A stretch of 52,757 nt of DNA from a virus (Duplodnaviria; Caudoviricetes). Positions 1 through 11,200 of the stretch are shown piece after piece; positions within the stretch are counted from its first letter, which is position 1; each line of letters starts with the position of its first letter. The stretch is taken from the IMG/VR virus record IMGVR_UViG_3300013014_000040, positions 1 to 52,757 of that record; one strand, 5' to 3'. The translations under genes and the position numbers were made by a program. The notes below the pieces were generated by a model, which was not told the DNA's origin, searched no databases, and saw nothing but the letters and a program-made list of their open reading frames with translations.

Positions 1-117
1 ACCATGGATCTTTTGTTCTGCAGTCAGCGAATGTTCCAATTGAATTGATCGTTGTGTGTTAAGGCATTGCTCCCATAACACTTCTTTCATTACAACAGAT
101 AGATTTATTCTAGCCAT
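1..117 (-). CDS. hypothetical protein, 5' part only (runs off window)
   Basis: ATG at 117 overlaps the stop of the upstream gene (TAATG). Open to the window edge: MARINLSVVMKEVLWEQ... Confidence 0.6.
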   Translation of the reverse strand, partial: MARINLSVVMKEVLWEQCLNTQRSIQLEHSLTAEQKIHG

Positions 118-392
118 TACTTTCTCTTTTTAATTTCTTCACGAATGATATTACGAATTAAACGACGAACTTCATCAATTTGCAACTCCGTATCTTTATC
201 TAAGTCGGCAATTGCTCTTTGCAATTGACTTTCCAAATCGCGCTTTTCAGATGTCATCTTCTTTAACTGGTCTAAAAGCTTTTGTTTGTCTTTACCGGCG
301 GCAGCTTGCCATTTTTTTGCTACATCTTGCATTTCAGATGAATGCTTTTCTAATTTCTCAGCTGCCTTAGTTACTTTCCTAGGAGTTGCCAT
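117..392 (-). CDS. coiled-coil hypothetical protein with C-terminal IRNIIREEIKK motif
   Basis: ORF track 117..398 (GTG); ATG at 392 preferred. Helical and Lys/Glu-rich. Confidence 0.75.
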   Translation of the reverse strand: MATPRKVTKAAEKLEKHSSEMQDVAKKWQAAAGKDKQKLLDQLKKMTSEKRDLESQLQRAIADLDKDTELQIDEVRRLIRNIIREEIKKRK

Positions 393-996
393 TTTCACCT
401 TTAAGGTTTGTTATTATAGTTTTTTTCAATTCTTGATAATCACTATCAAATTTTTCAAAGAATGCGCTTTGATCCCATTCTTCTAATCCACCATCCGCAT
501 TTTGTGTAAACTGTACTTTAAGTGAGTTACGCAAAATTTCAACTTCTTTATCTGTATCAGCTAGCCATGCTTCTGCATTAGCTAACATAAACTTACGTGA
601 ATATTCTTCCCATGCCTCTCGGCCTTTTAACCGAATAGCTGTCTCTTCCTTAAGGACACAATCAAAACATTTTTTATGCTTGAAATACATTTTAAAGTTT
701 AAAGCCTTTTCGTCATCACGCATCTTCTTTTTGCAGCAAGGACATTCTTTAGGAACAGACATTATATCACGTACTTGTTTAAGAATACTGTTTAATGGCG
801 TCCTAGTACGAAATCCGTTCTTCTGTTCTATTTTATATTCTACACCTGCAGGATCTTTCTCAATCCATATATCTCCTACAGCACGTTTGCTTGTAGTTCC
901 TTCTCCAGTGTAACCAAAAGACTTTCTAGTTTGAGTACTATGTGTACCTGCTAGTAATTCTTTATTTGCTTTAACATTTTGTAACTTATTGCTCAT
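379..996 (-). CDS. phage hypothetical protein, putative Zn-binding (CPCC...CFDC)
   Basis: 205-aa ORF with two CxxC-type clusters, tightly packed with neighbours. Confidence 0.8.
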   Translation of the reverse strand: MSNKLQNVKANKELLAGTHSTQTRKSFGYTGEGTTSKRAVGDIWIEKDPAGVEYKIEQKNGFRTRTPLNSILKQVRDIMSVPKECPCCKKKMRDDEKALNFKMYFKHKKCFDCVLKEETAIRLKGREAWEEYSRKFMLANAEAWLADTDKEVEILRNSLKVQFTQNADGGLEEWDQSAFFEKFDSDYQELKKTIITNLKGENGNS

Positions 997-998
997 AC

Positions 999-1553
999 TT
1001 ATTGTAACTGTGATTTAATTTTCATTTTAAGCATACGCTTAGCACTATCATCCAATGGTAGTCTTGATAGCATATCTATAACAAATGCTACTTGCTGTGT
1101 CGCTGGCTTGTTTTCGATAGCTTTAACTAGCATCTGATAAGCTTGAGTCTTTTCAACTTTTTCTGCTTTGCTGGCTAATGCACTGCCTGCCGCTGGCTTA
1201 TCTGATGCCGTATCAGAGCTTAATTCTAATTCATTAAGCTTGCCTTCTTTCATGTTAGAATCAGCTTTAAGACCACGTGCTACTTGACCACGTAATGCTG
1301 TTAGTTCATCAGCAGTGATACCAAATGTTTTCATTAGTGTAGTTAGTAATCCTACCTTTTGCATTCTAGGTAGTTTTGCAAGACGTTCAACGTCCATACC
1401 GCCTAATGCTTTATCGAGCATTGAACGTCCACCGCCTAAACTAGCACGTACCTGCGATCCTACATTTTTAATAAATGAGTTAGTAGTCGACTCGGCTAGT
1501 ATATTACGTACATGTTTACGTATTTCATTACGTAGTTCTTTTTCTGTTGCCAT
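999..1553 (-). CDS. putative internal head protein (leader LRNEIRKHVRNILAE)
   Basis: 184-aa ORF with AAGGA RBS and upstream ATATTTATT. The leader ends in L-x-E; function is inferred. Confidence 0.7.
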   Translation of the reverse strand: MATEKELRNEIRKHVRNILAESTTNSFIKNVGSQVRASLGGGRSMLDKALGGMDVERLAKLPRMQKVGLLTTLMKTFGITADELTALRGQVARGLKADSNMKEGKLNELELSSDTASDKPAAGSALASKAEKVEKTQAYQMLVKAIENKPATQQVAFVIDMLSRLPLDDSAKRMLKMKIKSQLQ

Positions 1554-1566
1554 ATATTTCCTTTTT

Positions 1567-1575
1567 AATAAATAT
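1567..1575 (-). promoter_or_regulatory. putative late promoter ATATTTATT
   Basis: One of 13 copies lying just upstream of minus-strand start codons. Confidence 0.65.
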
Positions 1576-3249
1576 CTATCTAAACTGAGATTCTAGTCCT
1601 TTAACAATAAATCGGCCGGTTATTTTAAACGGCTCGCCGTATATTTTAGGGTCTCTAATCACAATACCTTCATGTCCGCTAACTGGTCCTAAGGGTGAGC
1701 TTAAAGCTTCTAATACTGCATTACCCAATTCCATTGTAGCTAAATAAATAACAAAACCGTTAATTACTTTTTCTACATCTTTAGGATCGGCTAACATTTT
1801 AGCAGCATCTTCGCCTTGCGATAAAGCTAGCAATACTTGTTTTGATTGAGCCCCAATTGTCTTACCGTCAGCTAACTTAACCGTACTTTCTTTTTCATTA
1901 GTAGCTCCTGCTAACCATTGACTTAACGTCTTTGATATTTTTTTACCGTTAACGGTGATAGAATATTTTTTAGCTAGCTCCCCTGCAAAGTCTGGTTCTT
2001 TATCTAAGGTAGTCGGAACAGATCCTAGTACTTCGAACCCATATTCATTTGCAGTCGGGGTTAAATTGTTCAATAGATCTTGCATTGACTTCTTATTATA
2101 AGTTACCTCTTTAGTAGCACGACGCTTAGGTGTTACTTGTTCAATTTCTAATAATCCATGTATTGCTAAGAAGTTTTTATTATATGATAATACATTAGTA
2201 GAACCAGCTACATACTCAATATTGAATAAGATATTAGGGTTGTCCCATAGACCTAATGATTTAAGTTGAATGGTTATATCTGGTATAGCATCATTAAAGA
2301 TGTCTAATACTTTACCACCTGTTACTATCATGCCATGACCAGCACCGAACCGCGCTTCTAAGTCTGCCTTTGTTACGCCTTTAACATCTAAAGGTTTATT
2401 TGATCCACGGTCCATTACAAACTGGCGTCTGCCGGCAACGTTAATTAATCGTATAGAGGCATTTACTCCGTCAATCTTAACTGATGCAGGGCCTTTCTTA
2501 AGATACTCTGCTGCTCGCGCAAATACTTTAACTAGATCTTTTCCATTTTTTACTGAAGGAATATCAAACGGATGTGCCATATGGCCACCTGCGCCTCCCT
2601 CCACTATCAAATCTTTCAATTTCATTTTACTTTCCGTTAAGTTTTTTTTTATCATAGTATATGTAGCAGGATCATACCAACCCATTATTTTCTTAAATGT
2701 ATCGGGGCTACTAGTCTTTAAAGCATTTCTTAATGATGTACCCGACATTTCACCGAAGCCGGGAATATTTAATGATACATGGGGGGCTACAATTAAGTAT
2801 CCATGCTTATCATATCCTTGAAGATTATTTTTATTGCTTGCATACGGTTGAAAGTAAGAAGGATCTCCGCTCTTTTTAGGCTTCATAGAAAATCTAGGAT
2901 CATCATCCATATCTTTTTGACCTACCATGAATACTACTACTGTAGTAGCGGGGTCAAATCGACTTAATAGTTCCGTAGGAGTATAAGGTAGTTTAGTGTT
3001 TACTACATTTTTTATACCATACTTTGAAATAATAGTTTTCTTATCGGCAAAAGAAAATGGAGATCTGCCTTTTTCGGTTTTATCGCCGGTGGCTATAAAA
3101 GTATTTTCAGCTCCAAATTGATTTTGTAACCAGGTAAATGCTTTTGCATGATGATTACCAAACGGCTGAAAACGTCCAGGATAAACTGCTATAATACGTT
3201 TACCGGTATCTTCTGTTATAACTGATGCTAGCCAACTGCCTAAATTCAT
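1576..3249 (-). CDS. HxGH-type nucleotidyltransferase (cytidylyltransferase-like) fused to a KxDG ligase-like (DUF6267-like) domain
   Basis: N-half: IAVYPGRFQPFGNHH and MSGTSLR. C-half: GGAGGHMAHPFD, SVKIDG, HEGIVIR, FKITG. Confidence 0.7.
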   Translation of the reverse strand: MNLGSWLASVITEDTGKRIIAVYPGRFQPFGNHHAKAFTWLQNQFGAENTFIATGDKTEKGRSPFSFADKKTIISKYGIKNVVNTKLPYTPTELLSRFDPATTVVVFMVGQKDMDDDPRFSMKPKKSGDPSYFQPYASNKNNLQGYDKHGYLIVAPHVSLNIPGFGEMSGTSLRNALKTSSPDTFKKIMGWYDPATYTMIKKNLTESKMKLKDLIVEGGAGGHMAHPFDIPSVKNGKDLVKVFARAAEYLKKGPASVKIDGVNASIRLINVAGRRQFVMDRGSNKPLDVKGVTKADLEARFGAGHGMIVTGGKVLDIFNDAIPDITIQLKSLGLWDNPNILFNIEYVAGSTNVLSYNKNFLAIHGLLEIEQVTPKRRATKEVTYNKKSMQDLLNNLTPTANEYGFEVLGSVPTTLDKEPDFAGELAKKYSITVNGKKISKTLSQWLAGATNEKESTVKLADGKTIGAQSKQVLLALSQGEDAAKMLADPKDVEKVINGFVIYLATMELGNAVLEALSSPLGPVSGHEGIVIRDPKIYGEPFKITGRFIVKGLESQFR

Positions 3250-3264
3250 ATCATATTCCTTTTG

Positions 3265-3273
3265 AATAAATAT
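3265..3273 (-). promoter_or_regulatory. putative late promoter ATATTTATT
   Basis: Repeated intergenic motif, 15 nt upstream of ATG 3249. Confidence 0.65.
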
Positions 3274-3283
3274 GTTTATTGTG

Positions 3284-3502
3284 TTATAATCCGATCGCTG
3301 TTATAAATTCTTCAATTGTAGCATACATTACATTGTTTATAGAAACGTTAGTACAATCAAATACTAGTACCCCATCTATAAATTCTATGTAAGTTTGAGT
3401 TTCACTTATAATTGAATAGCCGTTAGGAAATTGTTCATATGCAAAGAAACGATCTTGTTCTCTTAAAATTATACCATCGGTAATTGTTGTTACATTTATC
3501 AT
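3284..3502 (-). CDS. small protein, possible tail-fibre-associated chaperone
   Basis: 72-aa ORF with ATGA overlap with the fibre gene stop. Confidence 0.65.
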   Translation of the reverse strand: MINVTTITDGIILREQDRFFAYEQFPNGYSIISETQTYIEFIDGVLVFDCTNVSINNVMYATIEEFITAIGL

Positions 3503-5430
3503 ACGCGTTCTAAATAATACATTGTTGAGTAACCAGAGTCACCTGTGTTAGTGTGTTGTATACCAAATATCATGTACTGGTCTACGGCCCAGTTTATTGT
3601 TGAAGCTGCTCTACCTGTTGCTACATCATCTGTTGCTAATGAAGTACCTACACCCACATGCTCTGTATTAATACCTGTTGCTGCTAGTATATAAAAGTCT
3701 CGTTTCATCTGCATAGAGGTTGTATTACCAGTTAGAATACCTAAAGTAGTAGCAGTTGATATATCGTTTGTAGTATTAATGTATATTCCAGTTGTAGTAT
3801 TACCGCCGGTAGCTAACTTTCTAACACGATATCTTACTCTAAGAATATCACCAGTAGTAAATGTGTTAGATGGAATTAGGAATGAAGTTGTTGCTGTTAA
3901 TGAAGTGGAACCAGTACCAACCATAGACCCAGTACCAAAACTTCTGTATGTAGATAATCTACCAGTAAGTAAGGATGCTGTCGCTGCATATGATGCTGTT
4001 CCGGTTAATGGGCCTACAAAACCGGATGGCGAGTAGGTTCTACTATCAGAACTTGAAACATATAAGTTATTATTTCCATAAATGTATCTACCAGTTGTTG
4101 TATTATAACTAGATATTACTTCACCTGCATTTGACCAATATATTCCACCATCACCTGTATTTGCTTCTATATAAATATGATCAGAAACGCCGACAGTTGA
4201 AGCTGGGTCATATACATTAATTTGTGAGGTTTGTATATTAACGCCACTTGCAGTCGCAAATAAGTTAATATCTCCAGTAGATGCTCTAACATTATGTGAT
4301 GGGCCAACTAGTTGTGTAGTACTATTTGATACAAGCAATGAACCTGTTACTGTTAAGTTACTTGTGAATCGGCCTGATCCACTTACATCTAATTGTGTTA
4401 TTGGAGTACTAGTTCCAATCCCAACATTACCACTACTTGAAACAAACATTCTTACAGAACCACTAGTTTCAAATGCTAATGATTGATTATCATTAGTACC
4501 TAATAAAGCAGTAGTGCCAAAACTATTTCCATTTTGTACAAACGCATTTGTACTTGCAGTATTGATGAATGATGCTGTTAGTGCATTTGTAGCCCAACTT
4601 GCAGTACCAAATAATGATCCTGTAAATGAACCACTAAATGAACCTGTGTTTGATAAAAATTGATCTACACGATTTGCTGTTACTATTAAAGAAGGAATAC
4701 CTGGCACTACTCCAAATGCTGGTTCAGCGTGTAAACGTACATTTGCATCTGGTGAGTACCACATTAGTTGAAAATAATCACCTGCAGCCGCATTTACAAA
4801 GAAATTCCATGCTGCAACATAATGAGCTCCATTTCCTTGGAGTTGTACTGATGTTGCAGTATCTGTTAAACTTGTTCCATTTTTTCTAATCCATATCCAT
4901 ATCTCATCAGTTCCACTATCTGTTTTATCTACTTGAGCAGAAAATTGTATATTATATACACCGGCATTTTCTACTTTAATATATGTGTTAAAAGGATTTG
5001 TAGAACCGGAAACAGATACGCCATTTGTAATGTCTGTTGTATTAAGAGACATTGAACGAGCAGTACCAGCAACATTAGTTTGAGTTGTTGTGTCATAAAA
5101 AGATCCATAGGATCCTGTCGCTGTATTAAATCCTCCTCCTCCACCTCCTGTTGAACTAATTGTAACTTGTCCAACTCCTGTAGTTGGTGATATGGATATG
5201 TTTGCTCCTGCTAGTAATTGAGTTACTCCGCCATTAGTTGCGTATGAGGCTGTTAAAGCGTATGATGCACTTATAGATGATCCAGAGCTTGTAAATTCTT
5301 TTACAATATTTCCAGATCCGCTGCCGTAAAATAGCCGGCCGTCTTTAGTATTAATGGCTAATTCGCCTTGTTGTAATGAAGTAGGTGTAACTCCTACGCC
5401 GGTACTATTTTTTATTATTATTGTAGCCAT
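3499..5430 (-). CDS. tail fibre / receptor-binding protein (Mtd_N-like N-terminus, C1q/BclA-like jelly-roll, fibre repeats)
   Basis: IIIKNS...PTSLQQGELAINTKDGRLFYG; AGVYNIQFSAQV; SGNVGIGTSTP..LDVSGSG; Ser/Thr/Gly-rich. Confidence 0.8.
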   Translation of the reverse strand: MATIIIKNSTGVGVTPTSLQQGELAINTKDGRLFYGSGSGNIVKEFTSSGSSISASYALTASYATNGGVTQLLAGANISISPTTGVGQVTISSTGGGGGGFNTATGSYGSFYDTTTQTNVAGTARSMSLNTTDITNGVSVSGSTNPFNTYIKVENAGVYNIQFSAQVDKTDSGTDEIWIWIRKNGTSLTDTATSVQLQGNGAHYVAAWNFFVNAAAGDYFQLMWYSPDANVRLHAEPAFGVVPGIPSLIVTANRVDQFLSNTGSFSGSFTGSLFGTASWATNALTASFINTASTNAFVQNGNSFGTTALLGTNDNQSLAFETSGSVRMFVSSSGNVGIGTSTPITQLDVSGSGRFTSNLTVTGSLLVSNSTTQLVGPSHNVRASTGDINLFATASGVNIQTSQINVYDPASTVGVSDHIYIEANTGDGGIYWSNAGEVISSYNTTTGRYIYGNNNLYVSSSDSRTYSPSGFVGPLTGTASYAATASLLTGRLSTYRSFGTGSMVGTGSTSLTATTSFLIPSNTFTTGDILRVRYRVRKLATGGNTTTGIYINTTNDISTATTLGILTGNTTSMQMKRDFYILAATGINTEHVGVGTSLATDDVATGRAASTINWAVDQYMIFGIQHTNTGDSGYSTMYYLERV

Positions 5431-5434
5431 TTTA

Positions 5435-5443
5435 TATAAATAT
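5435..5443 (-). promoter_or_regulatory. putative late promoter ATATTTATA
   Basis: Repeated motif only 4 nt before ATG 5430, with no SD (leaderless candidate). Confidence 0.65.
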
Positions 5444-5448
5444 TAACA

Positions 5449-8235
5449 TTAGAATGTACCGCCGTCTATATACGAAGCTGTTGCAACTGATAGCGACGAT
5501 AAATCTATAGCATCGAATGTCCCGTCACCTTTATATAATAATAAGGCTATATTTGCAAATACGGACGGGGCGGGTGTTGATACATAGAACGAACCAGTAT
5601 TAATTGCGCCGCCGCCGAATGCGGATGACGCAGTATAAAATAATTGTCCAGTACTATTAGTAACTAGTACTCTATCAGCTCCAGCAAAAGTATTTAATCC
5701 TTGAAAAAATATTGATCCAGATAATTTACTTTGTGTAGCACCTTTAAATGTACGTAAATCAAAACCGGGTGAAACTATTCTAAATTCGTCGTCCGCAGAA
5801 CTAACACGTATATATGATGATGTGTTAGCCATAGCCGAGAAGCCAGAACCGCCGTCAACGAATTCGTTTGTTACGGTACGTAATACAGATCCGGAATAAA
5901 ACAAAAATCCGGCAGTACTTCCACTTCCAGCGGCCGCCGCATTGATTCCATTATACCCTACAGTACGTATAAATCCGGAGCTAACGCCTGCTAACTCTAT
6001 ACCGGTATTAGTTTGATTACTTAGAAATACAGATCCAGTAATTAAGTTATTCGTGCCGTCAATATATGTATTATCGCCGTCGAACACGGCGCCGAATGCA
6101 ATACTCTCTAAATCAGCTTTATTGCTACGATAATCAAAATATTGAAATTTAAATGTTAATGGAGTGTTTAAGTGTTCTGATGGTATACGCTTGTTTAGTC
6201 GTACAAAATTTGGAGAATATCCAGTTTCTTTATCTGCTAATAATTGAACATCTGCTATAATAAACGACCCATTACGTGATACAAATTTTAAATCTACAGT
6301 AGCATTGTCTAGAGCTTTAAATCTAAATTGCACATTGGAATATGCGGAAGGTGTATGTTTAACTTGATAGGTTCCTATTCGTATACCTAAAGCATTGTTA
6401 TCGCCGAACACTCCAGTTAATGTTGCATTAATATTTGGTACTGGAATTATTTCACCTGCTTGAGAATATTGAAACTCTTCTTGTACTTCGATTTGCGAGC
6501 CAGATATATATACATCTACTCTAGCATTTGGTATATTTGCATCTGCAGATGAATAATTATCAATTGTCAAATCATTTGCTATACGAAATTTAACAATATA
6601 CTCTGTGTTTTTAGTAATAGCTGGACGGTACTGTTGTTTAATGTTAAACACTCCAGCGTCACCTATTCCCGCTATATATTGATTACCGGGTAGCCAATTG
6701 GCTAATAATCTAGCACCGCCTATTATTGTATCATTATCATATGTAATTGTAAACGGAGTCGTAACAGTGCCTATACCACTTGTTTCCCAATACTGATTAA
6801 TTTCTGCTAAATTATCAAAGCGTCCATAGTTTTCATAATACGAGCCGACAACAACATTAGTTTCCAATGTATTACTGTCAACTAATAAATCAGTTTGTTC
6901 TAGAATAGTATCACCGATGTCTATAAAGTCTCCAAAGAAGCCGCTAGGCTTATATAATGTTTTAACTTTGTATACATCGCCTGTAGCTGGCTCGATATCT
7001 GATAAAATAATATCAGCAAAGCTAGCAGAGTTTTGTGTTAGTATAGTACTAGTAGGTTGTATAAAACTAGCAGTAAAGTTTGATGAAGCTTGAATAGCAT
7101 TAACATCATATAATGAATATCCGCCACCGCCGCCGGTTCCTCCTCCGATTGCCACTGTCTGTGTTTTACGTAACGTTATATTAAACGGCCCAAACGTATT
7201 ATCATCAGCATTTTTAAATCCTGCAAATTGAGAGACTAATGCCTGTGTTGAATTTATGACATTAACAATAGCAAATTTAATTGAACCACTTAATTGGCTA
7301 GGGGATGTAGAATAATTTGCATTAGTTTCATTGACCTGAGAATCAGGATATATTAAACTAGCTTTACCCCGTGTTAATGCCTGTATATTAATATTTGGAT
7401 TATTAATAACAATTACACCGCCTTCCATTGACTGAGATAATGGTAAACCTGTAGTTGTTAGTAATGAATATCCATTTAACGTATTCAGTGGCGGCGATAA
7501 TGTAGTTGTGCCGCTAGTTAATGCTAATGTATTTTGAGGAACAGATAAATCGTAAAACTGATTTCCAAATGATGGTGTGCCGGCCGATTGTGCTCCTTGT
7601 GGTACAGTAGTATCCGGTCCGGTTGGCCCACCAAACGCCCCATTTAATATTTGATTGGATACTGGAGTAACAGTTACCGTAGCTCCACTCGCTGACATTT
7701 GAGTGAACACATTATATACGTTTGACGGCTGCAAATAGGCTTGTACAGTTTCCGTTACAGTTACATTTGGGTAGTTAGTGTATATAATTTCTACATCGTT
7801 ACGGTCGTTGGGGGCAATTGTTAATGCACGACTCCATAACACATTAGGAGTATTTCGGGTCGTTACGTCCCATGGTATAGTTTGATTAGTAGCTGGATTA
7901 ACACCTGCTCGGCCTGCAATATAAACTGTACAATCGCCTGGTGAGGTATCTTCGTAGATATAAACGGCAACAACACGTGTACCTTCCTTTTCAATATACT
8001 GCAATGGTTCGTAGTATATCGGATTACCATTGTAATCTAATATCTCAATAAAAATTTCGCTGTTAGTAACTAACTTAGAAGCATTAGCTCTTAACTTAAT
8101 TAAGTTTTTACCAGCTTTAAATTTATCCGGAAACTCAATAATATTAAAGAAATCACGTGATATAGCATCGGTATCATATACGGTATAGCTATAATCTTTT
8201 AATCCTACGTACGAGACTTTTTTACGTAACGGCAT
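5449..8235 (-). CDS. virion structural protein (tail/baseplate-associated)
   Basis: 928 aa, beta-rich S/T/G/N composition, C-terminal IDGGTF typical of fibre-type proteins, late motif upstream. Confidence 0.7.
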   Translation of the reverse strand: MPLRKKVSYVGLKDYSYTVYDTDAISRDFFNIIEFPDKFKAGKNLIKLRANASKLVTNSEIFIEILDYNGNPIYYEPLQYIEKEGTRVVAVYIYEDTSPGDCTVYIAGRAGVNPATNQTIPWDVTTRNTPNVLWSRALTIAPNDRNDVEIIYTNYPNVTVTETVQAYLQPSNVYNVFTQMSASGATVTVTPVSNQILNGAFGGPTGPDTTVPQGAQSAGTPSFGNQFYDLSVPQNTLALTSGTTTLSPPLNTLNGYSLLTTTGLPLSQSMEGGVIVINNPNINIQALTRGKASLIYPDSQVNETNANYSTSPSQLSGSIKFAIVNVINSTQALVSQFAGFKNADDNTFGPFNITLRKTQTVAIGGGTGGGGGYSLYDVNAIQASSNFTASFIQPTSTILTQNSASFADIILSDIEPATGDVYKVKTLYKPSGFFGDFIDIGDTILEQTDLLVDSNTLETNVVVGSYYENYGRFDNLAEINQYWETSGIGTVTTPFTITYDNDTIIGGARLLANWLPGNQYIAGIGDAGVFNIKQQYRPAITKNTEYIVKFRIANDLTIDNYSSADANIPNARVDVYISGSQIEVQEEFQYSQAGEIIPVPNINATLTGVFGDNNALGIRIGTYQVKHTPSAYSNVQFRFKALDNATVDLKFVSRNGSFIIADVQLLADKETGYSPNFVRLNKRIPSEHLNTPLTFKFQYFDYRSNKADLESIAFGAVFDGDNTYIDGTNNLITGSVFLSNQTNTGIELAGVSSGFIRTVGYNGINAAAAGSGSTAGFLFYSGSVLRTVTNEFVDGGSGFSAMANTSSYIRVSSADDEFRIVSPGFDLRTFKGATQSKLSGSIFFQGLNTFAGADRVLVTNSTGQLFYTASSAFGGGAINTGSFYVSTPAPSVFANIALLLYKGDGTFDAIDLSSLSVATASYIDGGTF

Positions 8236-8253
8236 TCATCATTCCTAATTTCA

Positions 8254-8262
8254 TATAAATAT
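8254..8262 (-). promoter_or_regulatory. putative late promoter ATATTTATA
   Basis: Repeated motif upstream of ATG 8235. Confidence 0.65.
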
Positions 8263-11200
8263 CAGGAATAACTTATTTTAGAGTATCCATACTCCTTTTT
8301 GATTTCAATAAGCTTGTCTACAATATCTCGCATAGCATCGATATGTGATATACACATAATGAATCCAAACTGGGACTTAAGATAATCAAACAATGCGAAC
8401 ATGCTATTTAAATTATCAGAATCTAATACGCCAAATCCTTCGTCTATTGCTAAGAAGTTTGGTCTTGGTAAACTTGATATTTTAATTAATGATGTACGAA
8501 TTGCCAATGAAGCAATAAACTTTTCCATACCAGAACTTAATTCTAACGGCCAAAAGTTATCTTGGTCATAAACAATGTAACCGTTAATATTCTTTCCGTC
8601 AGTTTCTAACAATATAGAAAAGTCCACAATTTGCGCTAGTATATTATTTATCTCAGCTTCAATTTGCGGTAATGCTTTTGTAATCAATCGATACGGTACG
8701 CCGTCTCTTTTAACCGATAACAAATAATATTCATAGCCTTTATACTGTATTTCTAAATCATGTAATCTTGTAATAGCTTTTTCTGCATCATGTTTAGCTT
8801 GTTCAGCCATTAATATCTTTCCAGATATCTGTAAAATATTCGCTTCTAATGATTTTATTTCGTTTGTTAACCCAGCAATCTCTTGTTGATGCTCTAAAAT
8901 TTCTTCGTTCTTTTCTTCGTTAAATTTAAGGTCATCAATATGTTGTAATGAGTCATTTAAGAATCGATTCAATTCTTGCAAATCTGCATTAACGTTTTGA
9001 ATTGCTGATTTTAGTTTTTGATCTTTTAATTGTAATTCAGATTGCTTTAAAATATATTTCCCTTCTAATGCCTTTAATTCATGTATCGTTACGTAAGCTT
9101 TATTAATGCTATACATATCACACTTCGGCCAAATCGCAGCAATCTCTGCTTGTAATGTCATATATTCTTTTTGTAACTCAGGCAATCGTTCACTAGCTTT
9201 TTTAGTATCTTGTAACCATGGATTAGCCATGCAATATTTACAATTTGGATCCCATTGATGTTTTTCCAATTTTGAAACCATTTTTTCGGCATGTACAATA
9301 TCCATATCCAATAACTTTTCTCTCGATGTCAATTCGCGATGTGTATCAATATTGTTTAGAATCGCTTGTTTTTCAGCATCTAACAAATCTAAGTCATATA
9401 TACTTAGTGTATGAGCCGTACTATCAATATTGATAATTACAGTATCGAGTTGGGCTGTTATGTCATCTACCTGCGCTAATAAACTATCTAATTCAATTTG
9501 TTTTTTATCAACTTTAACACGTATATTATCTGGCTTTTCAATGCCAGTGCCAATAGTCTTTAGTTCTTTGGTCATGCTAATAACTATCTCAGTCAGATCA
9601 TCTTTCATAGATTCTAACTCAGACTTTTGTTTAGTAATATTTGCTAACGACTTAGATAAATTCGTTATGGATTGTCCAGCTTCCGCTAATGATGTACTAT
9701 GATCTATACGTTTATATTCTCTAATTAAAGCAGCTGTCTCACGAATTTCTTCATTTGCTATCTGATACTGTTGTTCAAATACGTCTATATCTAAAAACTG
9801 AGTAAGTAGTTCTTTACGTTCACGTTGTGACATATCAATAAACCCAGTGTTATTACTTTGCAAAGATAAAGCCGTTAACACAAAGTCTTCATATGAACCT
9901 AAATACTGACGAATTATTTTATTTGTAGTATCACGCTGGTCTCCATTTAATAACACTTCTTCGCCGTTTTCATCAATAACCCAAAAGTTAACATCAACTT
10001 TAACATGGCCCTTATTATTCTTTTTACCAGTACGTTGTATAAAATAATCTTTACCGTCTAATTCAAATTGAAACTTACAATCAAAATTACTACGTTTATT
10101 ATTTAATACATGTATCGCTTTTGTAGTACGACTACATCTATCAAAGCAGCAAAATGCCAATGCATCTAATAATGTAGATTTTCCAGATGCATTCGGAGCA
10201 AATAAGCCATATGACCCGTTCAATGTAGAAAAATCAACGACATTATCATTACCATAACTAAACATATTACTAAACTCAAACATCTTAGGAGTCCATAATG
10301 CATTTCTAGTTATTTCTGATTCAGGTAACTTACCGTGCACAGTACGATTAATATGTCTAACACAATCCAATAGTTCTTCATCTAAAGCATATTCATCATT
10401 TAAGTAATCTGTAATAGCGGTGTTTTGCCATTCCACATCACGAATATCACCAAAGTTAACTTTTTGCTTTGAATCATAATTGCTTAAAGCATTTACTTTA
10501 TGAATTGCAATCTCCTGCACTTTATATTGTTTACGTAATTCTGATACTATAGTTTTTAATACAGATGTTTCAGTATCTTTAACCTTTAATCTTAATTTTG
10601 GCTTCTTAGGTACATCATTTGACGGGTTAAGTATAACACCATTATCAATTTCAAATGTATAATAACCATGGTCATTAACAAGCTCAATAAACTCGGAAGT
10701 ACTAGTCGCCAAGTCCCATACTAATATTCCATGGTGCAAAGCTTCGCCATGGTTTTGTTGAATTAAACTACCCGGATATGCAATTGTTTTCTTGCTATCT
10801 AAGAATTGTAACTTATGAATATCTCCTAGCAATACTAGATCATGGCCTTCAAATAATTCATTTGTAACATGTGTATTACTTAAGGTCATTCCAATATCAG
10901 TTTGAGCTAAATTTACAGCTCCGTGGTGTAAAGCAATCTTATATTTTCCATCAAAATCTTTAGCTTTTATGTATTCAGATGGCTTATTAAAGATAGACAT
11001 AACGTTAAAGTGTACATCAGATATACAATATATCCCGTTGTCTTTAAGGTAATGTAATTGAGGGTGGTTAAGGGCCTTAACAATAGGGGAAATGGCGTCT
11101 AACCGAGTCGCGTTATTAAGGTTACAATCATGATTTCCGCAAATTATTATAGTAGGTGCAATATCCGCTAAATTCTGAAAAAAATCTGATACTACATGTA

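Noticed and set aside
3499-5430. Diversity-generating retroelement target (Mtd_N-like fibre)
   Set aside because: No reverse transcriptase and no template/variable repeat pair seen in the window.
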